20,000 nucleotides of DNA. It comes from Psammoneis japonica. Lineage: Eukaryota. Made by a program: the position numbers and the translations under genes. How positions within the stretch are numbered: the first letter of the stretch is position 1; each line of letters opens with the position of its first letter. Shown here piece by piece: positions 1-11,530 of the stretch. The DNA lies in assembly GCA_008632985.1 (NCBI GenBank), contig QPGO01000187.1, positions 120,361 through 140,360 of the forward strand, given 5' to 3'. The notes below the pieces were generated by a model, which saw only the letters and a list, made by a program, of their open reading frames with translations, had not been told where the DNA came from and searched no databases.

Positions 1-2192
1 TCTTCTTCATGCGGTGGCACAGCAGGGTCGATCGTCTTAAAATCAATCAGCTTGCCCTTGTCAGGAGCACACTTCCCTTCCGCAGGAGGGTCCACACGCG
101 GCAATCTTGAAAAACAATCCGCCAAGAGACCATCTTTGCCATCAACGCATTCGAAAGTTGGGGCAAAATCTTCCAAGAAGAGTCGCCACCTAAGAACTCG
201 TTGAGAATTGAGCGCACGAAAGGTGAGATTTTTATGATCCGTAAAAACAGCACAGTCAGCTCCAAATGACATGCTTCGAAATTCTTTGAAACACATTGCC
301 ACCGCCAACAATTCTTTTTCAATCGTAGAGCAGTTCTGTTGTGCTGCGCTGAGTTTCCGGGACCAGTGAGCCACTGGTTTCCCGTCTTGCATAATTGCGG
401 CTCCCATCTGACAGTCCGAAGAGTCAGCACAAATGTGGAATGGTTTGTTGTGATCCGGGTGGACCCAAAGGGTGTCGTCCAGCATCAAGGTTTTCACATC
501 TTCAAAGGCTCGTTGACATTCAGGGGTCCATTCCAACTTGCTCTTGCCTGTCAACTTTGTGAGTGGAGCGAGCACGTGTGAGCGACGAGGCCACATGTTG
601 CGACAATAAGTTGCTGCACCGACAAACGATCGCAGTTGCGTCACAGTTTTAGGTGGTTGCATTCGTAGCACCGCTTCCACTTTCTTCTTCCACGGTCGGA
701 CTCCTGCAGGCATGAGCCAATGGCCTAAAAAATCCGTCTCTTGGACACACCATTCGCACTTGAGTGGGTTAATTTTCAGATTGTTCTCTTCTAGTCTGGA
801 TGACAGCTCATCGAGTCGACGCATGTGAGCATCAAACGAATCATCAAATTGAGCAATGTCATCGATGTAAGTTTCAACATCGACTCCTTTTGCCACTTTT
901 TCAATGATGGCTTGAGCAATGTCGGGAGAGGTTTTCAAACCCATGGCCAATCGACAACATCGAAATTTTCCAAACGGAGTAACAACAGCACACAAATCCT
1001 TGGATTCTTCGTCAAGCTCGATGTGACAATAAAACACAGTGAGGTCCAACTTGGTCAAGTGCTTGCATCCCGAGCGTCGGTGAATAACGTCTTGAATGAT
1101 CGGCAGAGGACAGACCTTTCGCTTGAGCACCTTGTTCAACTCACGAAAATCGGATGCCCATTGAACTCGTCCATCCTTTTTGGGAGTTGCAAAAGTTCCG
1201 GCTGCCCATTCAGTTGGTCCCACTGGTTCCAGTGCGCCAACATTACATGGATGTTGCAGTTCTTTCTTAAAAACGGCTTCATCCCTCTTGGACACTTCAC
1301 AAGCCTTAGAATGGAAGGGAACAGCATTGGGATCAACTTCCAAGTGAACAGTCTCATGCGGACATTTGCCAAGCATTCCATCAAAGAGGGTTTCATGCTT
1401 TTCAAGCACTGCCTGTAGCTCATCACGTTGTTCTTGAGTTAAGTGAGTTTGAGCTTGCGCCACTTTCGCGGATGATGCTTTCTCGCACTTGGCGTCCATC
1501 ACAAAAGATTGTCCGAAGGCTTCCTCATCGTCTTCGTCTTCTCCGTCGTTTTCCAGTGCATCCAACCAATTCTGAACTGAGTTCCAATGATTGGATTGCT
1601 TCATTGGGATCGACGTTTCCAACCACTTTGTTGTTCCAAATCGAAAATCAAGCACGATTCCGGCTTTCGACAAAAAGTCTTGTCCCAAAATTAAATCATG
1701 CTTGCATGGGGCATCAAAAACTTGAGCCGCAATGCTGTCGACTTGTTTTGACTTGTCAAATTCTGGCAATGTCAAGTCCTTCATAATGACGCATCGGGAG
1801 GATTCACATCGTCCGGCTGCCGTCTGAAAGCTCAACCGTCCTTCATCGTTCATGGTTGGATTCGCTCCCTTCGGCAAAACTCGAGAATGAACAAGAGTGT
1901 CAGCACCTCCTGAATCCAATGGCACTCGCAACACTCGCTCACTCTCTTGATTTTGAATGGCACGCACCGCCATCAACGTCGTTGGCACCACATTCAATGG
2001 TTTGGGAGTCGCAGTTTTAGGGGTTGGCTCAGCGCACTCCAAAACGCCGCCCAATTTTTCTTCATTCACAGCATGAGATTCCATCAGGTCTCCCACATTG
2101 TCATCAACATTAAAACATGTGTTTTCTTCACGATCACACGAAACATAAAAAGATTGAGCGACACGCTCTGACTCGGGCACTTCCGTCCCTTG
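1..2192 (-). CDS. pol: Gypsy #1 pol (protease-RT-RNaseH), open to the window edge
   Basis: Manual translation in one frame: LRVPLDSGGADT (D codon 1914-1916), KKDGRVQWASDFRELNK, ETYIDD, ADSSDCQMGA, WSRKLSAAQQNCSTIEKELL, TDHKNL, ADCFSRL. It is missing from the ORF track, consistent with no stop before base 1. Many expected Tyr are His/Cys. Confidence 0.9.
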
Positions 2193-3413
2193 TCAATTAC
2201 GCCAACTTCGTTGGCCTTGATGGGTGCGACCGTTCTGATCGCATCCATTTCCGCCTCGCATCTCACGAGGCCCTCCTTGATCAAAATGGTGCGACTCCAT
2301 TTGCCAGCCACCAGGGGGAGCTGCTCCAGCCGGATTTCCACAGCCTTGGGCATCACCGTTGGCTTGGGTGCCGTTTTGATTTTGGCAATAGGATCCATTC
2401 CCTTGAGAATTCTGGGAGTCATTGTAATTGCCGTAACCTCGGCCTCCACATCCTCCTTGATTGCCATGACTGCCACGTCCTCGACCTTGGAAGTTGCCAC
2501 GACCTCCTCGACCTTGGGGTCCTCTGCCTTGGCAGTTTCCTCGGCCTCCACCACGACCTCCGCTACGACCGCCACGGTCGGACCTCGGTCGATGGTTTTG
2601 GCTTTCTGGATTCAAAATGCAATCCTTCCACTTGTGGTCATGATTCGCATGCACCGGGCATCTAGATTCTGGATCCGTTCCACCACTGTTGCCACGAGAG
2701 CGTCTTGAAGCTTGAGACGAAGCACCATTGCTTTTCCTCTTCTTGTCCTGCTTCTTGTTGCTGCTCTTGTCAGCAAAAGATTTCTCATTGTTCGTGTGAC
2801 TGATGATCTCAGCGAGAGCATCGTTTGCTGTCGCTCGTCCTGCTCGAGTGCACATCTCACGCCACGGACGAGGGAAGCTGTCGAATGTCATCTTTTTCTT
2901 CTGAGCTTCGTTGACTTGAGGAGCATTTCCCGGAAGTTTGTTGGAGTGCCGAATCAAGGTTTCCATGCGATCTGCATGCGCCCGCACTTCAGATTTGAAT
3001 GGTTTTTTCAAAGTTGGCAAATGTTCAATCATCACATCATGCGCTTCATCATCACAATAAGACAAGTAAAAACGATTGATTTCCTGATCAAAACGCTCGA
3101 CAGTTTTATCGGCATCGTCAATTGCATTGGTCAAGTTCACCCACTTGTCCTCTGCAGCATCCGCAAGCACTTCCTCGAAATTTTCGAACAACTCCTCGCC
3201 AGTGGTGCACTCCAATTTCACAGCAATTTTACGAAAACGATCCTCAACGAACAACAATGCTTCAATGCCATGAGTGCCATCAAAACGCGGACACTTTTTT
3301 GTACGAGTGCTACCGTCATCATACGATTGGGTCAATTTCACGTCCTCCAAGTCAGAATGCTCAAATTTAGCTTCACAGCCAATGCAAGGCTCCTTCAACG
3401 ATTCACTCATCAT
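2193..3413 (-). CDS. gag: Gypsy #1 gag-like protein
   Basis: Part of ORF 2193..3581, likely ATG at 3413 (MMSESLKEP). It has a CPVH...HKWKDC knuckle-like motif and an RGG-rich tail, and lies directly upstream of pol. Confidence 0.8.
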   Translation of the reverse strand: MMSESLKEPCIGCEAKFEHSDLEDVKLTQSYDDGSTRTKKCPRFDGTHGIEALLFVEDRFRKIAVKLECTTGEELFENFEEVLADAAEDKWVNLTNAIDDADKTVERFDQEINRFYLSYCDDEAHDVMIEHLPTLKKPFKSEVRAHADRMETLIRHSNKLPGNAPQVNEAQKKKMTFDSFPRPWREMCTRAGRATANDALAEIISHTNNEKSFADKSSNKKQDKKRKSNGASSQASRRSRGNSGGTDPESRCPVHANHDHKWKDCILNPESQNHRPRSDRGGRSGGRGGGRGNCQGRGPQGRGGRGNFQGRGRGSHGNQGGCGGRGYGNYNDSQNSQGNGSYCQNQNGTQANGDAQGCGNPAGAAPPGGWQMESHHFDQGGPREMRGGNGCDQNGRTHQGQRSWRN

Positions 3414-3618
3414 GAAAAAGGGAATGCAATTGTTCAACAGTCCTTTCCAGGGACTCCACCTTTGACTCCAAATGATGCACTCGGCTCGCCAAATTCTGTT
3501 CGTGTCGTTTACGTTGTTGCACTTGTTTCTGGTGCTCAACAGCCCAAACTGCTGCTCCTGCGCGCAGTTCTCTTTTCTCACGTTTGGTCAATTTGTTTGC
3601 ATTGTTCCCAGTCTCCAC
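3403..3618 (-). CDS. Small coiled-coil-like ORF upstream of gag (uncertain)
   Basis: 71 codons with a GTG start and heptad-like LASRVHHLESKVESLERTVEQL. Its stop overlaps the gag ATG region. Confidence 0.3.
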   Translation of the reverse strand: METGNNANKLTKREKRELRAGAAVWAVEHQKQVQQRKRHEQNLASRVHHLESKVESLERTVEQLHSLFHDE

Positions 3619-3636
3619 CCAGTTCTTTGAATCGAC

Positions 3637-3779
3637 TGTAATTACAGTGCAAGGTCTAACGAGATAAAGACTTCAGTGACAACAAAATTGTGAGTGAAAG
3701 ACCAAGGCAACGAGGGTCGCTTTCAGCGAAGCCCGTTACAACGGCTTCCGTTGTGTCTAATGGGTTCATTGGCACTACA
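3637..3779 (-). repeat. Putative short 5' LTR of Gypsy #1
   Basis: The minus strand reads TGTAGT...ATTACA (TG..CA with a short inverted end) just upstream of gag. The partner LTR is not in the window, so the inner boundary is tentative. Confidence 0.45.
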
Positions 3780-3810
3780 TGTCAGAAAAACAAGGTGCGA
3801 GACACTGCAC

Positions 3811-3900
3811 TTGTGATGACTTATGATGACTTGGGATTGCTTGTGATGACTTGTGATGACTTTTGATGACTTTTGATGACTTGTGATGACTTGTGATGAC
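3811..3900 (+). repeat. 10-bp tandem array (TTGTGATGAC-dominant), 9 units
   Basis: 5x TTGTGATGAC, 1x TTATGATGAC, 2x TTTTGATGAC, 1x TTGGGATTGC. Confidence 0.97.
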
Positions 3901-4174
3901 TTCACTTAGGAAGTCGAGTGTGCGGTTCCCGTGCGAAGGACAGCCAGCTGTCTGTCTGTGCAAAAATGTCATCAACACGAGAAGACGGAAAGGACGCGTT
4001 GATGTTGACTGGCATCAACTATGGCGTTCAAAACAACAATCAGCAAAGCCATGAAAGTAAAACCATGATTACCACAATGAAGAATTCAACTACTTTAGGT
4101 GCTGCAAATGTGAGCGTGCGGCCAGAAGCACGCGCAATTGGGCAGTCTGAGGCATCGTCAACACAAGTTGCGAG

Positions 4175-4672
4175 TCAGTTCTTGTTTTTCTTGGACTTGA
4201 TGAGCCAGTGAGAGCGCGACAAACAGTCCCTCTTCTCCTGACAAATGTGATCTCGAAATGCTTTCAACGGGAAAGCCGCGCAAGCTTGGCGGGTTGCTCG
4301 TGGCTTCTCCGGCTCGATCTTTGTCTTGTCGCGAATCGACGTGTCGACGTCAATCTTGAGCCACCTCTCCACCTCGGATCCCTGCCAACGAGGATAGCCT
4401 CGGAAGGCATGCGGTGCAGGAGGATGCAAACGCAGGTCGTGCAAGAAATCAGCCCTGTCTTGTTTGGCACGGGCTTGCCCGGCAGCGATGGTTTTCCGAA
4501 GATTGTTCAGGTTGCTCTGAAAACGCTCACAGGGGAATTCTTGAAATTCGGGGCACGTTTGGCAGATGGCTTTGGGTCCCATTCTGTCAACCTTCTTGGA
4601 AATGATGTCTTCCCCAAGAAGCATCTTTGCCTTGCTGTGCTTCCAACCTTTTTTTCCTCTTGCCATGGTCAT
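4175..4672 (-). CDS. Transposon accessory protein with an internally duplicated helical domain (putative DNA-binding)
   Basis: ATG at 4672/4666. Two related modules: WKHSKAKMLLGED..PKAICQTCPEFQEFPCERF and WQGSEVERWLKID..PEKPRATRQACAAFPLKAF. Basic termini. Confidence 0.7.
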   Translation of the reverse strand: MTMARGKKGWKHSKAKMLLGEDIISKKVDRMGPKAICQTCPEFQEFPCERFQSNLNNLRKTIAAGQARAKQDRADFLHDLRLHPPAPHAFRGYPRWQGSEVERWLKIDVDTSIRDKTKIEPEKPRATRQACAAFPLKAFRDHICQEKRDCLSRSHWLIKSKKNKN

Positions 4673-5061
4673 CGTTCCCTGTTGGCTCTGTCGTCTTGGT
4701 TCTGCTGTGTGCTGTGGACTGGCCAGGAAATCGCCAAAAATTGTTTTGCCACAAAACTTTGGAATTTGAGTGGGCGGCACATTTCTACGTGCACACTAGA
4801 TTTTCGGTGCATTTCTGCGAAACTCAGTGAGAAACAAAAACCATGTGGAAGCGCACAGGCAGAGATTGCCAGGTTAACCCGGCAAAAAAATTTGAGTTTG
4901 AATCCCTCTTGTTGATCCTCGAAGGAAAATGTACATTGTGTTGTCTTTGCAAACACACATGGGAAAAACATTTCCCACGCTTGGCACGAACAAAATTTTG
5001 GAGGTTTAGCGAGGCAAAGTTCTCGCTCAAGTTCTTTCTTCATTGCATGCACAGCAGCTCA

Positions 5062-6845
5062 ATGAGCAGCAGTGGCAGTCAAAACCAACAGCTGCAGCAG
5101 CCACTTTCCTCTCCATCGCCCAACAGGACCAGGAGATCCATCGGAAGCAGACGTTGCGACTCTGTTCCCGCAGCTGTCAACCAAGCAATCATTGAATCGC
5201 TGCTCCGTGATGGGACCGTCTTGTTCTCCGACTTTCACAACAACGAACTTTGCGGATCAGCCGACAAGTCCGAGGAAAGAAGAGCTAGAAACCAATTTGA
5301 CGTCATCCGCCGCTGGCTGAACTGTCAACCCAATCATTTCGACAACTTGGTCAGAGATCTCGAAGCAATCGAAGACACGCCGGAACCGGAAGAGCCTTCA
5401 CCAGCAGCCGCACCAGCAGCGGTGCCAGCAGCCGCACCAGCAGCAGAACCAGCAGCATCAACACGAAGAGCCATGGCGAGCAAGTGCTGCATTGTTCCAT
5501 TTTTTACAACTGTTTTGCATCTCTCACCATCACGTCGCCTTCTTCTTTTGTTCTTTTGCAGATGTCTTTGATGGTGCCAACGAGACGGCGGAGCTCCTGG
5601 CCATCGAGATCAAGGTCAGGACATTCAACTTAGTCCGACCCGAGAGGAACGACGGTGTGCTCCTTTTGCCCATCCCACGTGAGACAGTCGCGACCGGTGA
5701 GGTGGTCAGGGCCCTGACCATCCAGCAACCTGTCGGTGACGACGACTGCCGCGATGGTTTGCACTCCACAGAAATCATTGAGGGGGGGCGTGGCATCAGG
5801 ATCAAGAAGCCCGCCATCTACAACTGGCAACGTCAAGCACAGGCAGTCCAAGAAATAATTGGAAATGGGGCCGCAAACCCTGACACGCTCGTCACTCATC
5901 AGGCAGTCGAGACTGCGTTGAACGAGGACGAGACTCGTCGCACCGTCAAGACAGACTGCATGCTGCCCGACGGCCTCATTTGCAGCAAACGCTGCTTCAA
6001 CACTGGGGCTCCGAACGAAATGCTCAACAACAATTGTCATGTCATTGGTTTTGTTGAGAGTGACCAAACCGATGCCACCGGCGCAAGGCAAACGATTGCC
6101 ACGGTCACGAAGATGCTCGTCCAATGGAAGGTCATGATCGAGAGAGCCAGGGTTGAGCGCATTGGCCCTCAAGCCACCAACGATCACAACCGGGCCATGA
6201 ATGATGCACTGGAACGCATCAGGAACTTGCGCCTTGGTGCTGGTCATGGACGTGGACGTGGATGTGGTGGCGGTGGTGTGTGAGCAATGTGTGCTGATTT
6301 CCATTTTGTGTTTCCTTTTCTAAAACAGATTTGTTTGTTTCTTCAAATTCCTTTTTCAAACAGTTCCTCCTGGAAACAATGGTGCTCAACTGCCTCCAGC
6401 AGCATTGGTGCCGGTGCAAGCTCCTCCAGCAGCATTGGTGCCGGCGGAAGCTCCTCCAGCAGCGTTGGCACCGGTGCAAGCTCTTCCACCGTCGCCTCCA
6501 GCAGCAGCCGCCGCAGCAGCAGCAGCCTCGTCGTCTCTTGCCAGAGCTGCTGCGCAACCTAGAAATGAGGTTCGTGTGGCTGATGAGACGGCACATCTAA
6601 AGCGTCCACGCAGCCGCATCGAAAATGATGACGAGGAACACGAGGAGCTGTCGCGCCAGGCGAATTCGGCCTTGCGTCGTGCACAAGCCAACAGAGAGAG
6701 AGCTCTGCGTCGACGTGAGCAGGAAGAGCAAGCAAGGCACGTTCAGAATCTAGAGGAAGTGCGACGCATCCGGGAGCTGCAAGAGCAAGAGCAGCAGGAG
6801 CAAGAAAACGACGTTGATGGCGACTGCGACATCATGCCTCTGTGA
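5062..6845 (+). CDS. Three-exon unknown protein (~537 aa): exons 5062-5479, 5562-6275, 6364-6845
   Basis: Intron 5480-5561 (GCAAGT...CTCAC...pyrimidine tract...GCAG) and intron 6276-6363 (GTGTGT...ACAG) join three listed ORFs in frame (1614 nt). It has Pro/Ala linkers and a charged coiled-coil C-terminus. Confidence 0.6.
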
Positions 6846-6921
6846 GCTGTCCTCTGGTTTGTTGTCATTTTAGAACACCGCATCACAACTTAAACTGCCA
6901 CTAATTCTTCAAAGTAAAAAG

Positions 6922-7621
6922 CCAGACATCAAACAGGGGATGTCCATTGTCCATGTTGCACTGCACAAGAACGCAGACCACTTCGAAACAGGCTTGGTGG
7001 CGGTCGAATCCGTGCCTGAAAGGCTTTTTCAAGACCTCAAAACTCTTGAGCAACCCGTTCAATTTTTCGTGACGGGCACGAGCTCTCCTCTTGAAGCGAA
7101 TGACTTCCACAGAATCAAGATCATTGCGGATTGCACAAGTCGGATCCCTGCAAATCCGATCCGCAACGACTTTTTTCCCAGGCGGGATCTTGCTCTTGAG
7201 TCCGTTGGGCGCTTTGCAGATCTTGAGGTCGTTGCCAGCTCCAGACCGAAACGGTCCATTGATCCATGCAATCTTGCTTTCATGCATTGAAAGGCCGACC
7301 TCACAGGTGACCCCAGGCCCATTGGATTTCTTGGAGCACCAATTCGAGTTTGGGTCTTGTCGCTGCTCCTCCATTTCACAATCGATGCCATCAGTGGAAA
7401 GCACAAAGACCTCGCCACGCTCACCAAGGTTGGCCCAGACAATCTGCATTGTGTGGACAGCAGACAGAAAGCAAAAGAGTGCAAGCGAAAACATTTAAAG
7501 TCGTCCCAATGCCAGTGACGATTCACGACTCACCTTGTGTTCTTTCAATGCGGCGGTGGCATTGACGTGCTTCTTGATGTGGTTGCGACATGTTTCTTCA
7601 CAAGGTCCCCATCGTCCAGAC
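6922..7621 (-). pseudogene. DDE transposase, 3' part (exons 7534-7621 and 6922-7443; intron 7444-7533)
   Basis: Motifs STDGIDC, WINGPF..G..ND, VVADRIC, RARARHEKLNG..K.F..L...FRH. A phase-0 GTGAGT...GCAG intron joins ...LKEHK to IVW... Confidence 0.85.
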
Positions 7622-7821
7622 TGTGTGTTCCAGCTCTAGGTGGGACCTCGCACTGCTGAACTGTGACACAATTATTTTTTGTCATCCGTCGCATGTTTCG
7701 CACGTGCATTTCTACGTGTTCCATTATAAAAAATTGTTCCACACTGCCTGTTTTGTGAAGCCAAAGGCTTTCTGTCATCTGCACTTTTGTCAACAAAAAT
7801 GCGCTGGGCACATTCTTTAAT

Positions 7822-8252
7822 TGCCCTGTGCATGCACTGGGCGCTGAAAAGAAGATGTGTTGCGACTTTGTCGTTGTGAAAATTGTGAGCCAGTTTAGAG
7901 CAGAGAAAGTGGGATCGTGCGAACAGGGAATCTTGCCAAATCCCTGTTCGTTCGCATTTGGATCGCATCAAATCGATCGTGCATTCGCATTGTGGATTGT
8001 GCGAATCAAGCCATCATGCGCTGTGCACGAGTGATGTCAGCGTGTGGAATCACGCTGCCATCGTGGGCCAGACGACGGGCCAGTGTGCTTCACACGGATG
8101 CTCTCTTGGCATCCTTCTGGAATTGCCCAAGACCTGGAGCCACGCCCTCCTGTGGTCGTGCTTCCCAGGTGCGCGTTAACAATGCCACATTGCCACGCAC
8201 AAGAGGCTCATGCATGGTCTCGCCGTGTTGTCCAGTGGCGAGGCATGCTGCA
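7822..8252 (-). repeat. 3' LTR of Gypsy #2
   Basis: Ungapped direct repeat of 14040-14470; TG...CA on the minus strand. Confidence 0.93.
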
Positions 8253-8266
8253 CACCCCCCCATGAT
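8253..8266 (-). other. Polypurine tract
   Basis: Minus strand ATCATGGGGGGGTG immediately before the 3' LTR. Confidence 0.8.
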
Positions 8267-10585
8267 CAGGGCCGTCAAGTGACAGGATGTCTCACTGGTG
8301 ATGGGGTGCAATCTGCCGTAGATTGTGCGTGTCTGTCAGCGCTCCGTTCTGGATGCGCAACGTGCTGTTGTCATGTGCGCGGACAACTCTGGCAGGTCCT
8401 GCATGGCTGTCAGAACCGCATTTAGAGGATTGTTCCTGTTTGATGAGCACCAATTGCCCTGCGGTGTGTTGGTGCTCCTTGCGTTTCTGATTTTCATGCT
8501 TGTTGTTTAAGTGGACAAGCTTCTGCTTTCTGGTTTCTGTGTGCTTCCACTCAGCATGATGGGCAACAGACAAAACCGCATCGCGTCCGAAGACCAATTG
8601 CATGGGACTTGCACGCGTGGTCGCATGTGCCGTAGCTCCAATGGCGAAGGCTGCTGCGGAGAGGATGCCACTCCATGGGTCATCTTCATCCAGTTCCACA
8701 TCCTGTGCTGAAAAGGAACGCACCATGTTGCCAAGTGTCTGGTGCGCACGTTCCACTGTGGCATTCGCCTGTGGATTCCGTTTGCTTGTGGGTTTCTTCA
8801 AAATCCCACAGTCATTTTTAATCATCTGGCTAAATTCTGCCACAAATTCTGTCCCACGGTCATAAACCACCTGGGTTGGCCACGGACATCTGCATGGCCA
8901 CGTTTGTTCCACGACGTTTGCTGCGACGTCTGCGCGTTTCACAGACACTTCTTTAATCTCGAACCACCCGGTTGCTGGGTCAATCATTGTGACTGCCCAC
9001 AATTGCAAAGTGTCCTTTCCGCGTCTTTGAATTTTATGTGGCCCTGTCATGTCTGTGCATGGAGTCTCCCATGGAATTATCTCAGCGACCTTTTCTGGTG
9101 GCTTCCCATGACGCTGCGTTCGGCGTTTTGTCTTCTGGCATTGATCGCACTTGACGCACGTAGAATGCACCCTAGATCTCACACTGGGCCAGCAGAAGTG
9201 CTGGGCAATGGATGTTTCCATGCGTGTCTCACCTGGATGACACAGTGTCTCGTGGCGCCATTCAGTTAGCGGAACCTGCAATGACTGTGGTGCTGCAATT
9301 TTGTCCTTATGACAGATTGATTGTCGTGATGACCCTCCCCCACGATGCACGTGAATGGAGCAGTCGGACGAGTCCTCAGCTCGTGAGAGCAGGCGCTTGT
9401 CCTTTTGTTGTTCTTTTTGAATGTGCTTGAAGCTAACAGGCAGAGATGCATCGTTTTGCGCGTCTGCATTAAAAGCTTCATGCAAAGGACGACTCGATGG
9501 AGTGTCTTTTACATCCGGATTGGCCTCGGAAGGCAAGCTGGGTGCCAGCCGAAGGCGACTAAGAGCGTCAGCGACTGGGTTGTGGGCACCCTCAACATGG
9601 CGTAATTTGGGACCGCATTCTTTGCATGTTGACCACCAGCGCACAACGCGCTCGGTGTTGAGTGCTTTGTGCGCAAGATTTTTATGATCAGCACATGCAA
9701 TCATGCGATGACCAAGGAGAATCGTTCGAAATTCTTTCAACGTCTCCACAATGGCGAGCAATTCTCTCTCCGTTGTTGCACAATTTAATTGTGCACTGTT
9801 GAGCTTTCTGCTGCAAAAGGCGATGGGTTTGTTGTCTTGGGATGTGACTGCTCCCAATTGACATTTAGAGGCATCGGCGTGCATCTCAAAGGGTTTGTTA
9901 AAATCAGGATGTGACAACAAAACATCATCCGACATCACCCGTTCAACGGTTTCGAACGCCTCGTCTTCAACGGACGTCCACTCCCACTTAACAGTCTCGC
10001 TTGCGAGTCGTGTCAGCGGAGCCAAGACTTCAGAACGTCTGATCCACGTGTCACGGCAGTGGTTCGCCATGCCAACAAATGAGCGCAGGTCGCGTTCATT
10101 GGTTGGGGTCACGATTCGCTTGATGGCGTCAACTTTGTCAGGCGTTGGTCGCATTCCGTCTCTGTTGACCAGGTGACCCAAGTGTTCTAATTGGGTTTGA
10201 CAGAAGTGAGATTTAGTTGCGTTGACTTTTGGTCCTGCTTTCTGGACCCTCAACAAAACTTCTTCAAGTTTGTTGAGGTGATCTTCACAGGTGCCTTTCG
10301 TCATGACGAGAAGGTCATCTAAGTGCATTCGAACGAACGACAGATCTTCAAATGAGCCTGACATGCATTCTTGGAAAATGTCTGGCGAGTTGCACAAGCC
10401 CATGGGTGACACCTGCATCTCATGCTTGCCCCACGGGAAGATGAGCATGCAGAGCTTCTTGCTGTCAGCATCCAATCAGACATGACAATGGCCCACATTT
10501 AAATTCAGCGATGTAGCCCACACAAAGCCTTCGAGCTTGAGTGGCACATCCTGGACATGAGGAATCGGGTGAGGCAATCGCTTGA

Positions 10586-11496
10586 GACTTGTTCCAGACT
10601 TAGGTGGCGCGCACATGCCCCTTTTCGCAGAAAAAATTTTTTTTATGCTTTATACAACATCGTACATATTTCATTACATTGATCATATCAATTGCTTTTA
10701 AGTAAAATAAACAGAATAAACTCGAACAAACAAACAGCCAAACCGGCCATGGCTTTCAGTGACCATGACGGCCCACTTTTTTCAGCCTTATGGAAAATTT
10801 AATGTCATGACGAGGACCTCCGTATTTGATATAGTCTATGGCATCAACAACAATAGTGAAAATGCTTGTTACAGGTTGCAGCGCGGCACAATAATACTAA
10901 ATCTGTCAGCAACAACAATTGAGCCTCAATTCACTCACAATTTGCCTCTAAGGACCATTTCTTTGCCATTGCCATGTATACTTCCTCAATATATTCGACG
11001 GATTCAAGTGTCTCAATCGTTTATGCCTCTTAAACAGTGAAAAATGGTCCGAAGTCGACGCCATTGCGTGGCTGAGCTACCCTTCTTCTCACGTCGTCCG
11101 AAACTTATCAATCAACGTATGTTTTATTCGATCCGTTGAATCAAAGTTGTATTCGCGCATTGTAACCAAAGATTAATTATGTTATGTTAGAGGGTTAATT
11201 TATATATAAGAATAATATTTTATACGTTTCTACACACATTTAGACATCTATAAATCGCTCCTCGGAAAACAGAGCTCTCAACTTACGGTGCAATTTAGGG
11301 ACTAATAACTGAGTCCATCCACAGTTTCGAATACATGGGTACACGCACAAGACCTTTCTGTATGTACCCCATAACAACACATTTGAAAATTGTTATGTTT
11401 TTACTATCGAAAATGGTGCCGCAAGTGTGGACCGCGCGTTTCATGCGAAAAGGGTCATTTTTTCGCGCGTGAGGGCACCCAAGTCTGGAACAAGTC
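10586..11496. mobile_element. Non-autonomous TIR element B (911 bp, AT-rich)
   Basis: TIR GACTTGTTCCAGACTT(A/G)GGTG at both ends and a second inverted motif ATG(C/A)CCCTTTTCGCA (10615-10629 / 11444-11458). TTGA is duplicated (10582-10585, 11497-11500), and removal restores RT ...NKRIKRLP... Confidence 0.92.
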
Positions 11497-11530
11497 TTGA
11501 TCCGTTTGTTCAGCTCTCTGAAATCATTGA

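Larger units (their letters stand above)
1..3779 (-). mobile_element. Ty3/Gypsy LTR retrotransposon #1 (5' part; continues beyond the left edge)
   Basis: Minus-strand order is putative LTR, gag, protease (PLDSGG), RT (YIDD at 858-869), RNase H. The Gypsy domain order puts integrase downstream, outside the window. Confidence 0.92.

Noticed and set aside
3811..3900. CRISPR array or telomeric repeat (also 15075-15154)
   Set aside because: No spacers or cas genes, eukaryotic context, internal position, and a unit unlike TTAGGG.
5398..6530. 12-bp (5401-5457) and 30-bp (~6393-6490) repeats as independent elements
   Set aside because: They are in-frame Pro/Ala linkers of the three-exon gene.
7828..8311. 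ORFs duplicated at 14040-14590 as a gene pair
   Set aside because: They are translations of the two LTRs.
8292..10475. Alternative genetic code or a natively Tyr-free pol
   Set aside because: Adjacent host genes use Tyr normally, and non-coding repeats show the same change.
10759..11040. 93-aa ORF inside element B
   Set aside because: GTG start, no recognisable motif, AT-rich non-coding context.
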